A stretch of 64,000 bases of DNA, taken from assembly GCF_022045235.1 (NCBI RefSeq), contig NW_027266285.1, positions 2,976,001 through 3,040,000 of the forward strand. The letters run 5' to 3'. Shown piece after piece: positions 36,201 to 49,695 of the stretch. How positions within the stretch are numbered: position 1 is the stretch's first letter; each line of letters starts with the position of its first letter. The notes under the pieces were generated by a model. That model was not told the origin of the DNA and made no database searches. It saw only the letters and a list, made by a program, of their open reading frames with translations. Both the position numbers and the translations under genes were made by a program. Origin of the DNA: Haliotis cracherodii (lineage: Eukaryota).

Positions 36201-37959
36201 GTGCTAGGGACACTTGAATACGAAATATGTATCTATTTATTTTTCTAGATACACTGGTATACATCGCTGGAGTTTAGAATGAATGGCGACGTGATGTTAA
36301 ATGCATTATTTCCAGTTTGAAATTATCTCATAAACTATGGAACTCGAAACAAACACCACAAAAGCGCAACATTCAATGATTTAGTTACCACAGTAATAAT
36401 GCTTGTATTCTATGCAGTGAAATGTTATCCTTGCTTGCAAACGTTAACACAGATGAACATGGTATACACATTCTCAATATAACAGACTTGTTTATGGTTT
36501 CTATGAAATGAAAACGACAGTCAGTAGGGTTGGTTGTTAAAATCACACATACAATAAGAATTGCATTAAACCTTTCCTTTTGGACCCTGCGAAAACTACG
36601 GCTATTTACAGGAAAATAAAGGCATTGATACACACTCACTAGTTAAGTTAGCTAGAAAGGCTAGGTAAGTCAGTTTCATTTATGATGTGGTTTCAGTAGT
36701 ATATACATGGGTAATAATGTTTCTCTTAGAATTTCCATGGTCATCAAAAGAATGTCCGAGAAGTACTTTCGTATGATGGAAACTTGATAAAATCACCATG
36801 ACAACAAGAGTAGGATAAAAACAACACCGAGACCATAAACAAACAGGAGTCAATAGATGCCAATACATTATCCGAATTCAAGACGTTATATCCATACTTT
36901 ACGGCTGGTAATGGAGACAGCACAGGCCGGACGCTGGTTATACCATGTTGAATTCAGCCCTGACCTTTCTCCACGGCAGAATAACTCTCTTGACACTTTA
37001 GTACGAACTGGTCTCCTGTCTACAAAGGTTTAGCACAAGGCTCGCTGCGGGTAGAAACAGGAGTTACCAGTCGACAGTGTCACATAACCAAAATTATTAC
37101 CCATGACTAGACTAAGCAACGTTATCCTTCGCCCAAAATTCGATGCGTGTATCATAATAAATATCCCTGTGTGGGGCTTATGTTATCACAAACAATTTGT
37201 AACTCTGTCACATTTTAATGTATATTCATGTTGCTTGGAATCATCGTCACAAACTGTGGAAGTACATGTACCAGCTACATAATTACGATAATCTCTTGGC
37301 TGATGAGAGCGACATCGCTGCCCCAACCATATCTGACACTATAAACTTTTAGTATCATACCACAGCCATGTCCCAAGTCAGGAGAATCAAACCAAGATCG
37401 CTGTCTTGCTCATGAGCATTTGACCATGCTAAAGATGCACGATCTGGGTTGATCATAGAGGCGTCTTTACACTGGGTCGGCCAGTAACGTCGACACCCTT
37501 TACTGAAGTTGTCCTCCTCTTGGGTCTTACTTGGGTTGTCTGAAGGGAATCCCTCTGACGTATGACATATACTGAAATCACTAGGATTACACTCTTATTT
37601 TCTGTCGTACCAACTTCCATGATCCCTACAGCAATGGGGGCTATCGAATAACTACATTTCCCGTGTTAACCACAGACGTATTTCCAATAACAGAAATATA
37701 GCTAAAATGTGACAACGTTTCCAACTACTCCTGAGATGGGGCTTATTACAGCATAGCCCTTACCATGTATATCAGCATCTCAACACACTGTCGATCAGGA
37801 CGAAGGTACAGTTTGCTGTCACCAATAAGTCGCGTCTTCATGCCTGATTTCTGAGACACTACACCTCCTCACTTATCAAAACAAGTTTCAATTTTCTTTG
37901 GAGTCGGGACTATAGCTCAATCAAAAACATGAATGAAAAATTGAGATACAAAATATACA

Positions 37960-38280
37960 TTCAGGGCTAGTAAGTGAGACAGCATGGCCCTGAATGTTAT
38001 GATGTGTCTACAAATTGCAATTCTCGGCAGATGTTAATGATACGTAGTTTCGTTCAGGGCTGGTAAGTGAGACAGCATGGCCCCGAACGAAGTAACGTGT
38101 CACCAATATGCTTGTCAATCGTGTTCGAAGTTCACCAGTCATAATTCCCATCCAGGGCCTGAAAACGAGACAGCATAGCCCTGGACGAAACAATGTTTCA
38201 CAAACGCTTTCTTCAAAAGAGATCCTGATACATAGTCTCACCCGGGCTTATAAGTGAGACAGGAAAGCCCTGAACAAGAA
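37960..38280. repeat. Degenerate ~95-bp tandem repeat
   Basis: cagggct(a/g)gtaagtgagacagcatggccc motif recurs about 4 times. Confidence 0.6.
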
Positions 38281-39723
38281 AATGTATCCTCGAATCTATT
38301 ATAGCCCTTACCCATATCAAAACATATGAAATATCAAAATGATTAATTGTTGGTAGATGCGACAGCATCACCGTAAAGGAGATGTTTCACTTCATCGGCC
38401 TCTGACATGGTCTAACCTGTCGATTGAGCACAACAGCACAAACGTGTCTATATATAACAACTTGTCATGGGTGATTCGCGATCCAAGTTTGTCATCATAC
38501 GACTGTTGGACAAGATAATATGAGAAACGAAACATAAAAAGAAGAACGATACTAGACATATCAGTTTGAATGGAAATGGTTACATAACAATCATGGATCC
38601 GTAAGTAAATACGCCCTTTACCCGGAAGAAAGGTACATTTATTTACCGCATAAAATGTTCCTCTTTTCATAGTTCAACGTACATAGTATGGACATAAACA
38701 AACACATTGGAGGACAAACTAGACCAACTAAATTTTGGCACATTTAGCACGTTTAGTATAGGAACCACTACGAACTTACACAGCATGACGGACAATTCCA
38801 CTTACGTGTACACTTTTAGGGCTAGTAAGCAAAACAACACATCCCTTATCGTGAGTGGATATTACACACCAGCTCGGCCAAGACCAGCAGTGGCATGGAT
38901 AGCATTAAATCATTATACATGAGTATATGAAACGATAAAAGCGATGTAATGATGTTTTCGTACTAAACCACCTTTGTTGACAAAGTCATTTGGGATGAAA
39001 TATGCAATGAAGGTACTATCATGGTCATTTTCAGAATATAGCAAAATACCCACACACCGTAACATATTGTGACAATCATGTTTCACATGTCACTCTGCTA
39101 GATATGAAACAGTTTCATAGCAATCTAACAATACAACAAGTTAAATGAACACCTCCAATATGCTTCTTTATGTATAAACGTTACAATAACAACTACAGTT
39201 CCAAACAACGAACACCGCCATTTTGATGCAACAATGTTGAAATGGCATGAAATGGCGAATGGTTAAGAGAAGGCTTCGTTATCAGTCGACAAATTTCGGT
39301 TTAGATGAATCCCTGGGTCAGTTTCGCTCTATTGTTTTCTCCACGATAATTATGTGATGTGGCTTGACAGGCATTTCAAAATTCGTATGGGACTGACGCC
39401 TATGTGTCTGTGAGACTGGGATCTAGTCACTTCCGGTTAGGCCATCAACCATAAATATACAATACAATTTAGTATCGTCATCTAAACGAAAAACCCGACA
39501 AATATATTCCAGACAACAGTGGAATAACAAGTAATGTCAACACCTATTCCCAAGCCTTCAGCCACATTTGATAATGGGAAATTTATATGATAACGGAACC
39601 GTTTGTTTCCGATTGTTAGCAGTTTAAAATACACGTCAACATTTCAAACAAGGAAATATTCGGCAAGACGAAATTTCCCGAGTATTTCGGCAAGTTCCGA
39701 TGCACAGGTCCGAGTATTTATGC

Positions 39724-40038
39724 TTACTTATGCCCAGGTTTAAAAGATACGGAAGGGCCCGATCTTCCTTCATGACTGTCTTCACCGCGACTTCTTTCCT
39801 CCATCGTCAGTGCCATAGCTTCGGCACTATTCGTAGACTCTTCGGGAGTTTTCGACATCTCATGCTCGTGCTCCGAATGATCGTGATGATGGCGATGTTT
39901 GTGATGAAACGCTTGGAGAGAGAAACGACGATGCGTCTGTTTCCTTCCTCCTCTTCTCTTTGAAATGTGTGGGTTGTCCTTTCGCATGGCTTTTGTTTTG
40001 TATATTTGAAGTTGTGTATATAACCGTTTGAGTTCCGC
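39724..40038 (-). CDS. GPR158-like terminal exon
   Basis: ctccgtAG|AELKRLYTQLQIYKTKAMRKDNPHISKRRGGRKQTHRRFSLQAFHHKHRHHHDHSEHEHE...FKPGHK*. Confidence 0.9.
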   Translation of the reverse strand, partial: AELKRLYTQLQIYKTKAMRKDNPHISKRRGGRKQTHRRFSLQAFHHKHRHHHDHSEHEHEMSKTPEESTNSAEAMALTMEERSRGEDSHEGRSGPSVSFKPGHK

Positions 40039-43000
40039 CTACGGAGAGAAAATTCACTTTTAATGTTCACTAATCACTATTTTCAGGTTATAAATATCAA
40101 GTGTTTTCCCGTTTCTTGATTTCTTACTTTGATTGCTTTAAACAACATTTCAGTCTGTCAGTTTTGAATCGTCTGTAAAATCTAAAGTGTGCAATGAACA
40201 GTTAATGTTCAAGTGTGTGCTATACGGTTCATTCCCTGCAGCTACTTGCCTCATAGTATCAACATGATGACCTGTTCACTTGCAACATATTCCACATCCT
40301 AAAACATTACCTTTCGTCATATATGTTCAGGTTTCAAAATTGTCTGTAAACATTCAAACTATCCATTTACCATTACTAGCCATACTAGTGTAATCGTTCC
40401 GCGCCAAGTACTGTAAATAACACTTGTGTTGAAAAGTGACAAAAACACTGAGTAATATTTTGAAACTTAATTTGTATAAAAAAACACTTCTTTATATAAC
40501 TCTTCTAATATTGGGGTTATTTCCCGTGTGCAATTTTCTTTATTATCCACAATACCAACCCGAATGTCTTCTGGGTCCATCTCAGCAAGACTTATCTCCC
40601 CTACATCAACGTCTCCGTTGGAGGAAATGCCCACGTTGAGCTTCATGGTCTCCGGGGCGATGCTGTCCTGCACGTCTGACTGTGAGTAGGCCCGATTCCG
40701 CATGTGGTCATCGTCTAACGGTCGATGTGCATACCACAGCTGAAACAGACATCACGTGCACACCAGTCAGTTGATAATCTGAACATACAGCTGTAACAGA
40801 TATGACGTTTACACCAGTCAGTTGATATTCTGAACATGTAGCTGCAATAGACATGACGTTTACACAAGTCAGTTGATAATCTGAACACATGGCTGAAACA
40901 GATATGACGTGTACACCAGTCAATTGATAATCTGAACATACAGCTGCAACAGGCATGACGTTTACACCAGTCAGTTGATAATCTGAACATACAGCTGCAA
41001 CAGGCATGGCGTTTACACCAGTCAGTTGATAATCTGAACATACAGCTTCAACAGGCATGACGTGTACACCAGTCAGTTGATAATCTGAACATACAGCTGC
41101 AACAGGCATGACGTGTACACCAGTCAGTTGATAATCTGAACATACAGCTGCACAGATATGACGTGTACACCAGTCAGTTGATAATCTGAACACATGGCTG
41201 AAACAGATATGACGTGTACACCAGTCAGTTGATAATCTGAACACATGGCTGAAACAGATATGACGTGTACACAAGTCAGCTGATGATCTGAACATATAAC
41301 TGTAACATATATGACGTGTACATCAGTCAGTGGATAATCTGAACATATAGCTGAAACAGAAATGACGTGTACACCAGTCAGTTGATAATCTGAACACGAA
41401 GCTGCAACAGACATGATGTGTACAACAGTCAGTTGATAATCTGAACACATGGCTGAAACAGATATGACGTTTACACCAGTCAGTTGATAATCTGAACACA
41501 TGGCTGAAACAGATATGACGTGTACACCAGTCAGTTGATAATCTGAACACATGGCTGAAAAAGATATGACGTGTACACCATTCAGTTGATAATCTGAACA
41601 TACAGCTGCAACAGATATGACGTGTACACCAGTCAGTTGATAATCTGAACATACAGCTGCAACAGACATGACGTTTACATCAGTCAGTTGATACTCTGAA
41701 CATACAGCTTCAACAGGTATGACGTGTACACCAGTCAGTTGATAATCTGAACATACAGCTGCAACAAACATGACGTTTACACAAGTAAGTTGATAATCTG
41801 AAGATATAGCTGCAATAGATGTGACGTGTACACCAGTCAATTGATTATCTGAACATACAGCTGCAACTGATGTGACGTTTATACAAGTCAGTTGATAATC
41901 TGAACATACAGCTGCAACAGACATGACGTTTACACAAGTCAGTTGATAATCTGAACATGTAGCTGTAAAAGGCATGCCTTGTACACCAGTCAATTGATAA
42001 TCTGAACACATAGCTGAAACGGATATGACGTGTACACCAGTCAATTGATAATCTGAACACATAGCTGAAACGGATATGACGTGTACACCTGTCAATTGAA
42101 ATCTGAACATACAGCTGCAACAGACATGACGTTTACACCAGTCAAGTGATAATCTGAACATATAGCTGAAACACACATGACATGTACACAAGTCAGTTGA
42201 TGATCTGAACATATAGCTGCAACACGCATGACGTGTACACCAGTCAGTTGATAATCTGAACACATGGCTGAAACAGATATGACGTGTAAACCAGTCAGTT
42301 GATAATCTGAACACATGGCTGAAACAGATATGACGTGTACACAGTCAGTTGATAATCTGAACATGTAGCTGCAACAGACATGACGTTTACACAAGTCAGT
42401 TGATGATCTGAACATACAGCTGCAACAGATGTGACCTGTACACCAGCCAATTGATAATCTGAACATACAGTTGCAGCAGGCATGACGTGTACACCAGTCA
42501 GTTGATAATCTGAACACATGGCTGTAACAGATATGACGTGTACACCATTCAGTTGATAATCTGAACACATGGCTGAAACAGATATGACGTGTACACCAGT
42601 CAGTTGATAATCTGAACATGTAGCTGCAACAGACATGACGTTTACACCAGTCAGTTGATAATCTGAACACGAAGCTGCAACAGACATGATGTGTACAACA
42701 GTCAGTTGATAATCTGAACACATGGCTGAAACAGATATGACGTTTACACCAGTCAGTTGATAATCTGAACACATGGCTGAAACAGATATGACGTGTACAC
42801 CAGTCAGTTGATAATCTGAACACATGGCTGAAAAAGATATGACGTGTACACCATTCAGTTGATAATCTGAACATACAGCTGCAACAGATATGACGTGTAC
42901 ACCAGTCAGTTGATAATCTGAACATACAGCTGCAACAGACATGACGTTTACATCAGTCAGTTGATACTCTGAACATACAGCTTCAACAGGTATGACGTGT

Positions 43001-46000
43001 ACACCAGTCAGTTGATAATCTGAACATACAGCTGCAACAAACATGACGTTTACACAAGTAAGTTGATAATCTGAAGATATAGCTGCAATAGATGTGACGT
43101 GTACACCAGTCAATTGATTATCTGAACATACAGCTGCAACTGATGTGACGTTTATACAAGTCAGTTGATAATCTGAACATACAGCTGCAACAGACATGAC
43201 GTTTACACAAGTCAGTTGATAATCTGAACATGTAGCTGTAAAAGGCATGCCTTGTACACCAGTCAATTGATAATCTGAACACATAGCTGAAACGGATATG
43301 ACGTGTACACCAGTCAATTGATAATCTGAACACATAGCTGAAACGGATATGACGTGTACACCTGTCAATTGAAATCTGAACATACAGCTGCAACAGACAT
43401 GACGTTTACACCAGTCAAGTGATAATCTGAACATATAGCTGAAACACACATGACATGTACACAAGTCAGTTGATGATCTGAACATATAGCTGCAACACGC
43501 ATGACGTGTACACCAGTCAGTTGATAATCTGAACACATGGCTGAAACAGATATGACGTGTAAACCAGTCAGTTGATAATCTGAACACATGGCTGAAACAG
43601 ATATGACGTGTACACAGTCAGTTGATAATCTGAACATGTAGCTGCAACAGACATGACGTTTACACAAGTCAGTTGATGATCTGAACATACAGCTGCAACA
43701 GATGTGACCTGTACACCAGTCAATTGATAATCTGAACATACAGTTGCAGCAGGCATGACGTGTACACCAGTCAGTTGATAATCTGAACACATGGCTGTAA
43801 CAGATATGACGTGTACACCATTCAGTTGATAATCTGAACACATGGCTGAAACAGATATGACGTGTACACCAGTCAGTTGATAATCTGAACATGTAGCTGC
43901 AACAGACATGACGTTTACACAAGTCAGTTGATAATCTGAACATACAGCTGCAACAGATGTGACGTGTACACCAGTCAATTAATAATCTGAACATACAGCT
44001 GCAACAGGCATGACGTGTACACCAGTCAGTTGATAATCTGAACATTTAGCTGCAACAGGCATGACGTGTAACACCAGACAGTTGAACATGTAGTTGAAAC
44101 AGGCATGATATATACATCAATTAGATGATAGAATGTAAACGTGTCAGGCAATGCACAGAAGAGGCATACATATTTTTTTAATCATAATGTATGGCCACAC
44201 CTTATAGAAATGTTCGTATGTAAATATCAATGTACATTTTATTCCATCTTGCTATGAACAGAACACATAATTTAATTAGACCTTCGCTGATGCTGCCGAG
44301 AATGTATTTGTACATTTATTGAATAGTTGGTCTTTTATGTATTGCATCACACAAATATAAATGTATTATTTAAACTATTTAAGTAAGATATATATTAAAA
44401 CAGCCCTTTGTACGACTAAATGTTCGTTGCATTTGAAATATGTTATTATCAAATATATTATTACTTACACCAGCAGATTAGTAACTACTTTATGACAATA
44501 TTTTGTCTTCATGAATTTGGGGATTATCCGTGTGGAGTCTAGCGTCATCATACAATGTTATCACACAGCGTTATCATACAGTGTTATCATACAGTGCTAT
44601 AATGCAGTGCTATCACACAAGCACCATGCGTGTCCACGCCCTTTTTACAACCGAGCTATACATATCTGATTAACAAGTATACTGTACATATCACCCAAAG
44701 TGACACAAGAGACCAGAACCACTTGGCTCAACTGCGTTTAAGAGGAACTTGTGTATGTAAGAGAACTAGCTTACCAGACAGTGGTATAACTCTATTGTAT
44801 CACTGTTCTGTGGTCACTCGGCTTGGGCTGACTACCTATGAGATCGCATGTGACCATTCAGGAAGTAGTCGTACTCAGTGAATGAGTGAGTTAGTTGGAT
44901 ATAACGCTGCTTATAACAGTATTCCAGTTATATCACGGCACGTCAGCTCAATGTGGGATGAAAGCCCAACGTGACGCATGTCTTAGACGTCTACCATTGT
45001 GGTGAAACCCACAAGCAGGTGTATAGTGTTGACAAATATAATCGGGATGAAGCGGGATTCGAGTGAGTGAGTATTACGCCGCCTTAAGCAATATTTCAGA
45101 CAAAGGGACGCAACTGTGCACAAGGACTGGGTCATCTGTACCCCAGTAGTCGTACTAATTGTTGTATAAAGTGGTATAGGAAATAGAAGGGGGAAGTATT
45201 CGGGGACATAAGCAGCATAATGACTTACTACAAGCGCCGTGCTGATGAATAACATACATAGGACGTTATAAATAGTGGAGTTGCCTGTGAATATTGTCCT
45301 TGTGCCACCGCCAGCAACATTACTTTTTCACAGTGCACAGAGGCCAAATCGGCGATTGATTGCATGAGTATCAGCCAAATCGCACAGTGACATTGCAACC
45401 ACCCGAACCTCATTTTAGTCGGCTTGGGGTGCGAGGAACCCACGGTGGTCTGATTAAAATCTTAAGTTTGACGAAGAATCATAGTATGTCAGCCCCAAAA
45501 TATATCAGTCGTATGCAGTATCATGAAGTTTCTTTAAATGATGTTTTAAAGGTATACATCATAATCATACTCTGAACATATTTTAGATTAAATAAAAGCG
45601 ACAAAAACATTCCAATAATCATAAGATTTTTTTAATGAAAGCCACTGTACGATTCCAACTGTATAAGCATGTATTTCTGAATCATTATTAAACCCATTGT
45701 GCCCTGGTTTTGTAAAATGAAATGATCACCAAAATATCAAAGTACTGAAATGCATTAGTATAAAAGTATTTTTGTCAATCTGTATTCATATTTGGAAAAC
45801 TCGTTTATAACGAACACCTTTATAACGAACTGAAGGATATAACGAACATATTTTCGTCTCGGCCATTTCCTGTATATATCCTGTATACATGCTTATAACG
45901 AACTACGATTATTACGACCTAACATTAGTGGTCCCTTTGAGTTCGTTAACCGTAGTTTACTGCATGTTGAAGTGCGGCAGATGTCTATACACATGTAATT

Positions 46001-49000
46001 GTCAATAGATTGTGTAGGTTGTGTAGGCTATTAATAAAACCTGTAAATAGATGTAGGTATCAGGTTACAAGATAAATCAGCAATACTGCCGCGGGCAAAC
46101 TAAACTGAACCCTATGCAGACCTGAATCACAGTCTTCATCATGACAGACGAACGTTTTAACCACCAGAGCCCAGGCAACCCAACACTACTGGTGGTGAGA
46201 AACATCCGCTCGATCGCCACGTTCATTGTAATCAGAAGTGTAGTGACTGACTTGACATTGTATTAACATGAATTATTTATGTCAAATGATATTGATAATG
46301 AAAAAAGGAAATTCGACTTACCTTTGGCCCTAATATAAGCAGTAAAACAACGGTGACCGTAAGCTGACAACGCAGAAAAGACATGAGGAACATATAGTCA
46401 GGGTGAAGGGTATACCACCACAGATGTCTGCAAGAGAACAACAACATGCAGTTAGTCTACCGTTCCGTTGCAGAAGTGAATGAGTTACATTGGGTTAACA
46501 TCGCTTAGAACAGTGCTTTTATAATATCCAGGCGTGTAGAAATTGAGTAGGCCCACCTCTCACGTGAACCCACAAGCAAAGATATGCTGTAGCCAAAACA
46601 AACACTCGTTAACAGGGCAAATTCGTACCGACAATCATCGGATTCTGGCACGACTATGGGCCACAAGTCTTCAGAGCATGTTGAGGAGCCACGGATATAT
46701 TGACAACTGATGTCCCCTCATTTCCCCTGAAGGAATTGCTTGCAGAATGGCTTTGTCAAAGGGTTTATTTTTTACAAGGTGTCCCATATGAAACATGATA
46801 ACTAACACATATCCAGTTTGTATCAAAAGTGTAAAAACAATCACCCTCTTTGAATTGGTTTTGGGAAGTAACACCACTATTAATAATATTCAGTCACATC
46901 ACGCCGTTACGTACAAGGGAGATGGTACTGAAAAAACAAGTTTCACTATCGGGGTGAATCTGGACTACCGAATCCTGGCAGCTAAGGGGAACAACTTCGA
47001 CAGTGATTTATTGTGTTGCCAAGGGAAAATCATTTTTGTCTGTTAATTTTTCCGTATAACATATATTGCATTCAGATTACCTGTTTTAGGAGACCTTAAA
47101 ATCACCTGTGTCAGTGTTTATTTTTATAATGATGAAATGTTACTCAAAAGAAATGTCGGACNNNNNNNNNNNNNNNNNNNNNNNNNNNNNNNNNNNNNNN
47201 NNNNNNNNNNNNNNNNNNNNNNNNNNNNNNNNNNNNNNNNNNNNNNNNNNNNNNNNNNNNNNNNNNNNNNNNNNNNNNNNNNNNNNNNNNNNNNNNNNNN
47301 NNNNNNNNNNNNNNNNNNNNNNNNNNNNNNNNNNNNCTACCACTCTAAGGGCAGACGCTCTATCCACCATACCACGAAGGCGGTCTACATTACCTATAGT
47401 AATATGAAAGCATCCGACAGTTCTTATCTTCTTTTGAGAACTATTTAACTGAACAGGTGAGTTGGTGTTTGAACAGTATATATTGCCAAGGTAGATTATG
47501 TGGGAGTAAAACCCAAGCTTAAAGTGATGTTTGTGGTACACTTTTTCCAGTACTTTTGTCAATCCGACGTGCACTTATCAGACGGACCAAGGGCGATAAT
47601 TGGTGCGAACCCAATTAAGCGGATCCTGGCACGACTAAGGAATACAACAATGCAAAGGGGATAGCGGCGACTTTGACCAAGGGCTTCCTCTCCTCTCAAA
47701 TAAAACTAAAGGACGATTGATACCATAATTACCAAATGACATATCATGATCAAATGCCAGTTCAGTGATGTACTGCTGAATAGAATATGAAGAATATAAC
47801 AGTAACAACTTACTTAAGTATATAAAATATAGTAGAGAAGAAAGCTTCATAGCATATGGCCACCGAGATACACCTTCTCTCCGAGTAGTCCGAGGGGGCA
47901 GATCGCACGCAGTAACAGAGGTAGACACCAAAACACAGGAACAGAAACTCAGCTGAAACAGATGACAGACACTTTTGGAAATCACTGTTAATGAGTTAAT
48001 AAGCCTCTGCAAAGCCATCTTTGCTATGACGATCGTATCTCCCAAAACTTATATATTACTCATAGCGCTAACACGACTTTATAGAACGGGATCCAGAAGG
48101 TTTGCACCGCCCTATTCGCCGATTAGAACATGAAATGATGTGATTGTGACTCATATTCGTTCGTCCACGAATATGTTGGGGGCCTAGAATATGTCCCAGA
48201 ATTCCCAAGGTGATTGGATAAAGGGCATATGGTATTATATATATACTATTGCAATATCTCGTTCAGGCATCGCCACTTACAGTGTATAAATTCAGAGAAT
48301 ACTGTATCAGTTCCTCGTTCATACACAACGCAAGAATAAGACTTTAAGTTATCATTACCTGCAACTTACTATGCTATAACGGTATGTGTATTACATCCAC
48401 TGCACACCCTTCACATGCGCTATAACGTGAGTGAATATCATATTATTTCACGGTTTATGTCAGATTGTGTGGTATTCTTGATGTAAGGGTATTAGTGTAT
48501 AGCTTATGCACACTATAGCTTATTAGAAATACGTGCTATAACGTTGAAGAACATGGCATTAAAGTTATGCATACCTAATGACTTTCTGTTGAAAACCATT
48601 CACAATAGAATAGCGTCTTGTATCTCCAGGTATGAAGACAGGTAGCTGGTATGTCTGTTTACTTGTATCTGGCGAGTATGTAGACATACGATTGGTATGT
48701 CTGTTTACTTGTATCTAGCGAGTATGTAGACATACGACTGGTATGTCTCTTTACTTGCATCTAGCGAGTATGTAGACATACGACTGGTATGTCTCTTTAC
48801 TTGCATCTAGCTAGTATGTAGACATACGACTGGTATGTCTCTTTACTTGCATCTAGCTAGTATGTAGACATACGACTGGTATGTCTCTTTACTTGTATCT
48901 AGCTAGTATGTAGACATACGACTGGTATGTCTGTTTACTTGTATCTAGCGAGTATGTAGACATACGACTGGTATGTCTCTTTACTTGTATCTAGCGAGTA

Positions 49001-49555
49001 TGTAGACATACGACTGGTATGTCTGTTTACTTGTATCTAGCTAGTATGTAGACATACGACTGGTATGTCTCTTTACTTGTATCTAGCGAGTATGTAGACA
49101 TACGACTGGTATGTCTCTTTACTTGCATCTAGCTAGTATGTAGACATACGACTGGTATGTCTCTTTACTTGTATCTAGCGAGTATGTAGACATACGACTG
49201 GTATGTCTCTTTACTTGTATCTAGCGAGTATGTAGACATACGACTGGTATGTCTCTTTACTTGTATCTAGCGAGTATGTAGACATACGAGTGGTATGTCT
49301 CTTAACTTGTATCTAGCTAGTATGTAGACATACGACTAGTATGCATGTCTACTTGCATCTACCGACATCTATACCTGATTACGGAAAACTACCAATCCTT
49401 TAACAAAAACGCTGACACCACTACCAACAAAATTGTGTCGTTTTTTGTTTTTAAGTTCAATTGTTTGGAAAGAAAGTAATAAAGTTTGATTATTGATAAT
49501 GTTTGTTCTCACATCAATATGTATTCCTACTACAACTAATACCGCTACTACTACA

Positions 49556-49599
<44 letters not shown>

Positions 49600-49660
49600 A
49601 ACGGAAGTCATGAGCAACGATTCCCGGCATGGGATGCCATAACCCACGATAAGTCAGGTA

Positions 49661-49695
<35 letters not shown>

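Noticed and set aside
40708-44045. Long Cys-rich ORFs (up to 430 aa) with 17-aa repeats
   Set aside because: By-product of a 51-bp (multiple of 3) satellite lacking stops in two frames; the frames switch at 1-bp indels and lie within a GPCR intron
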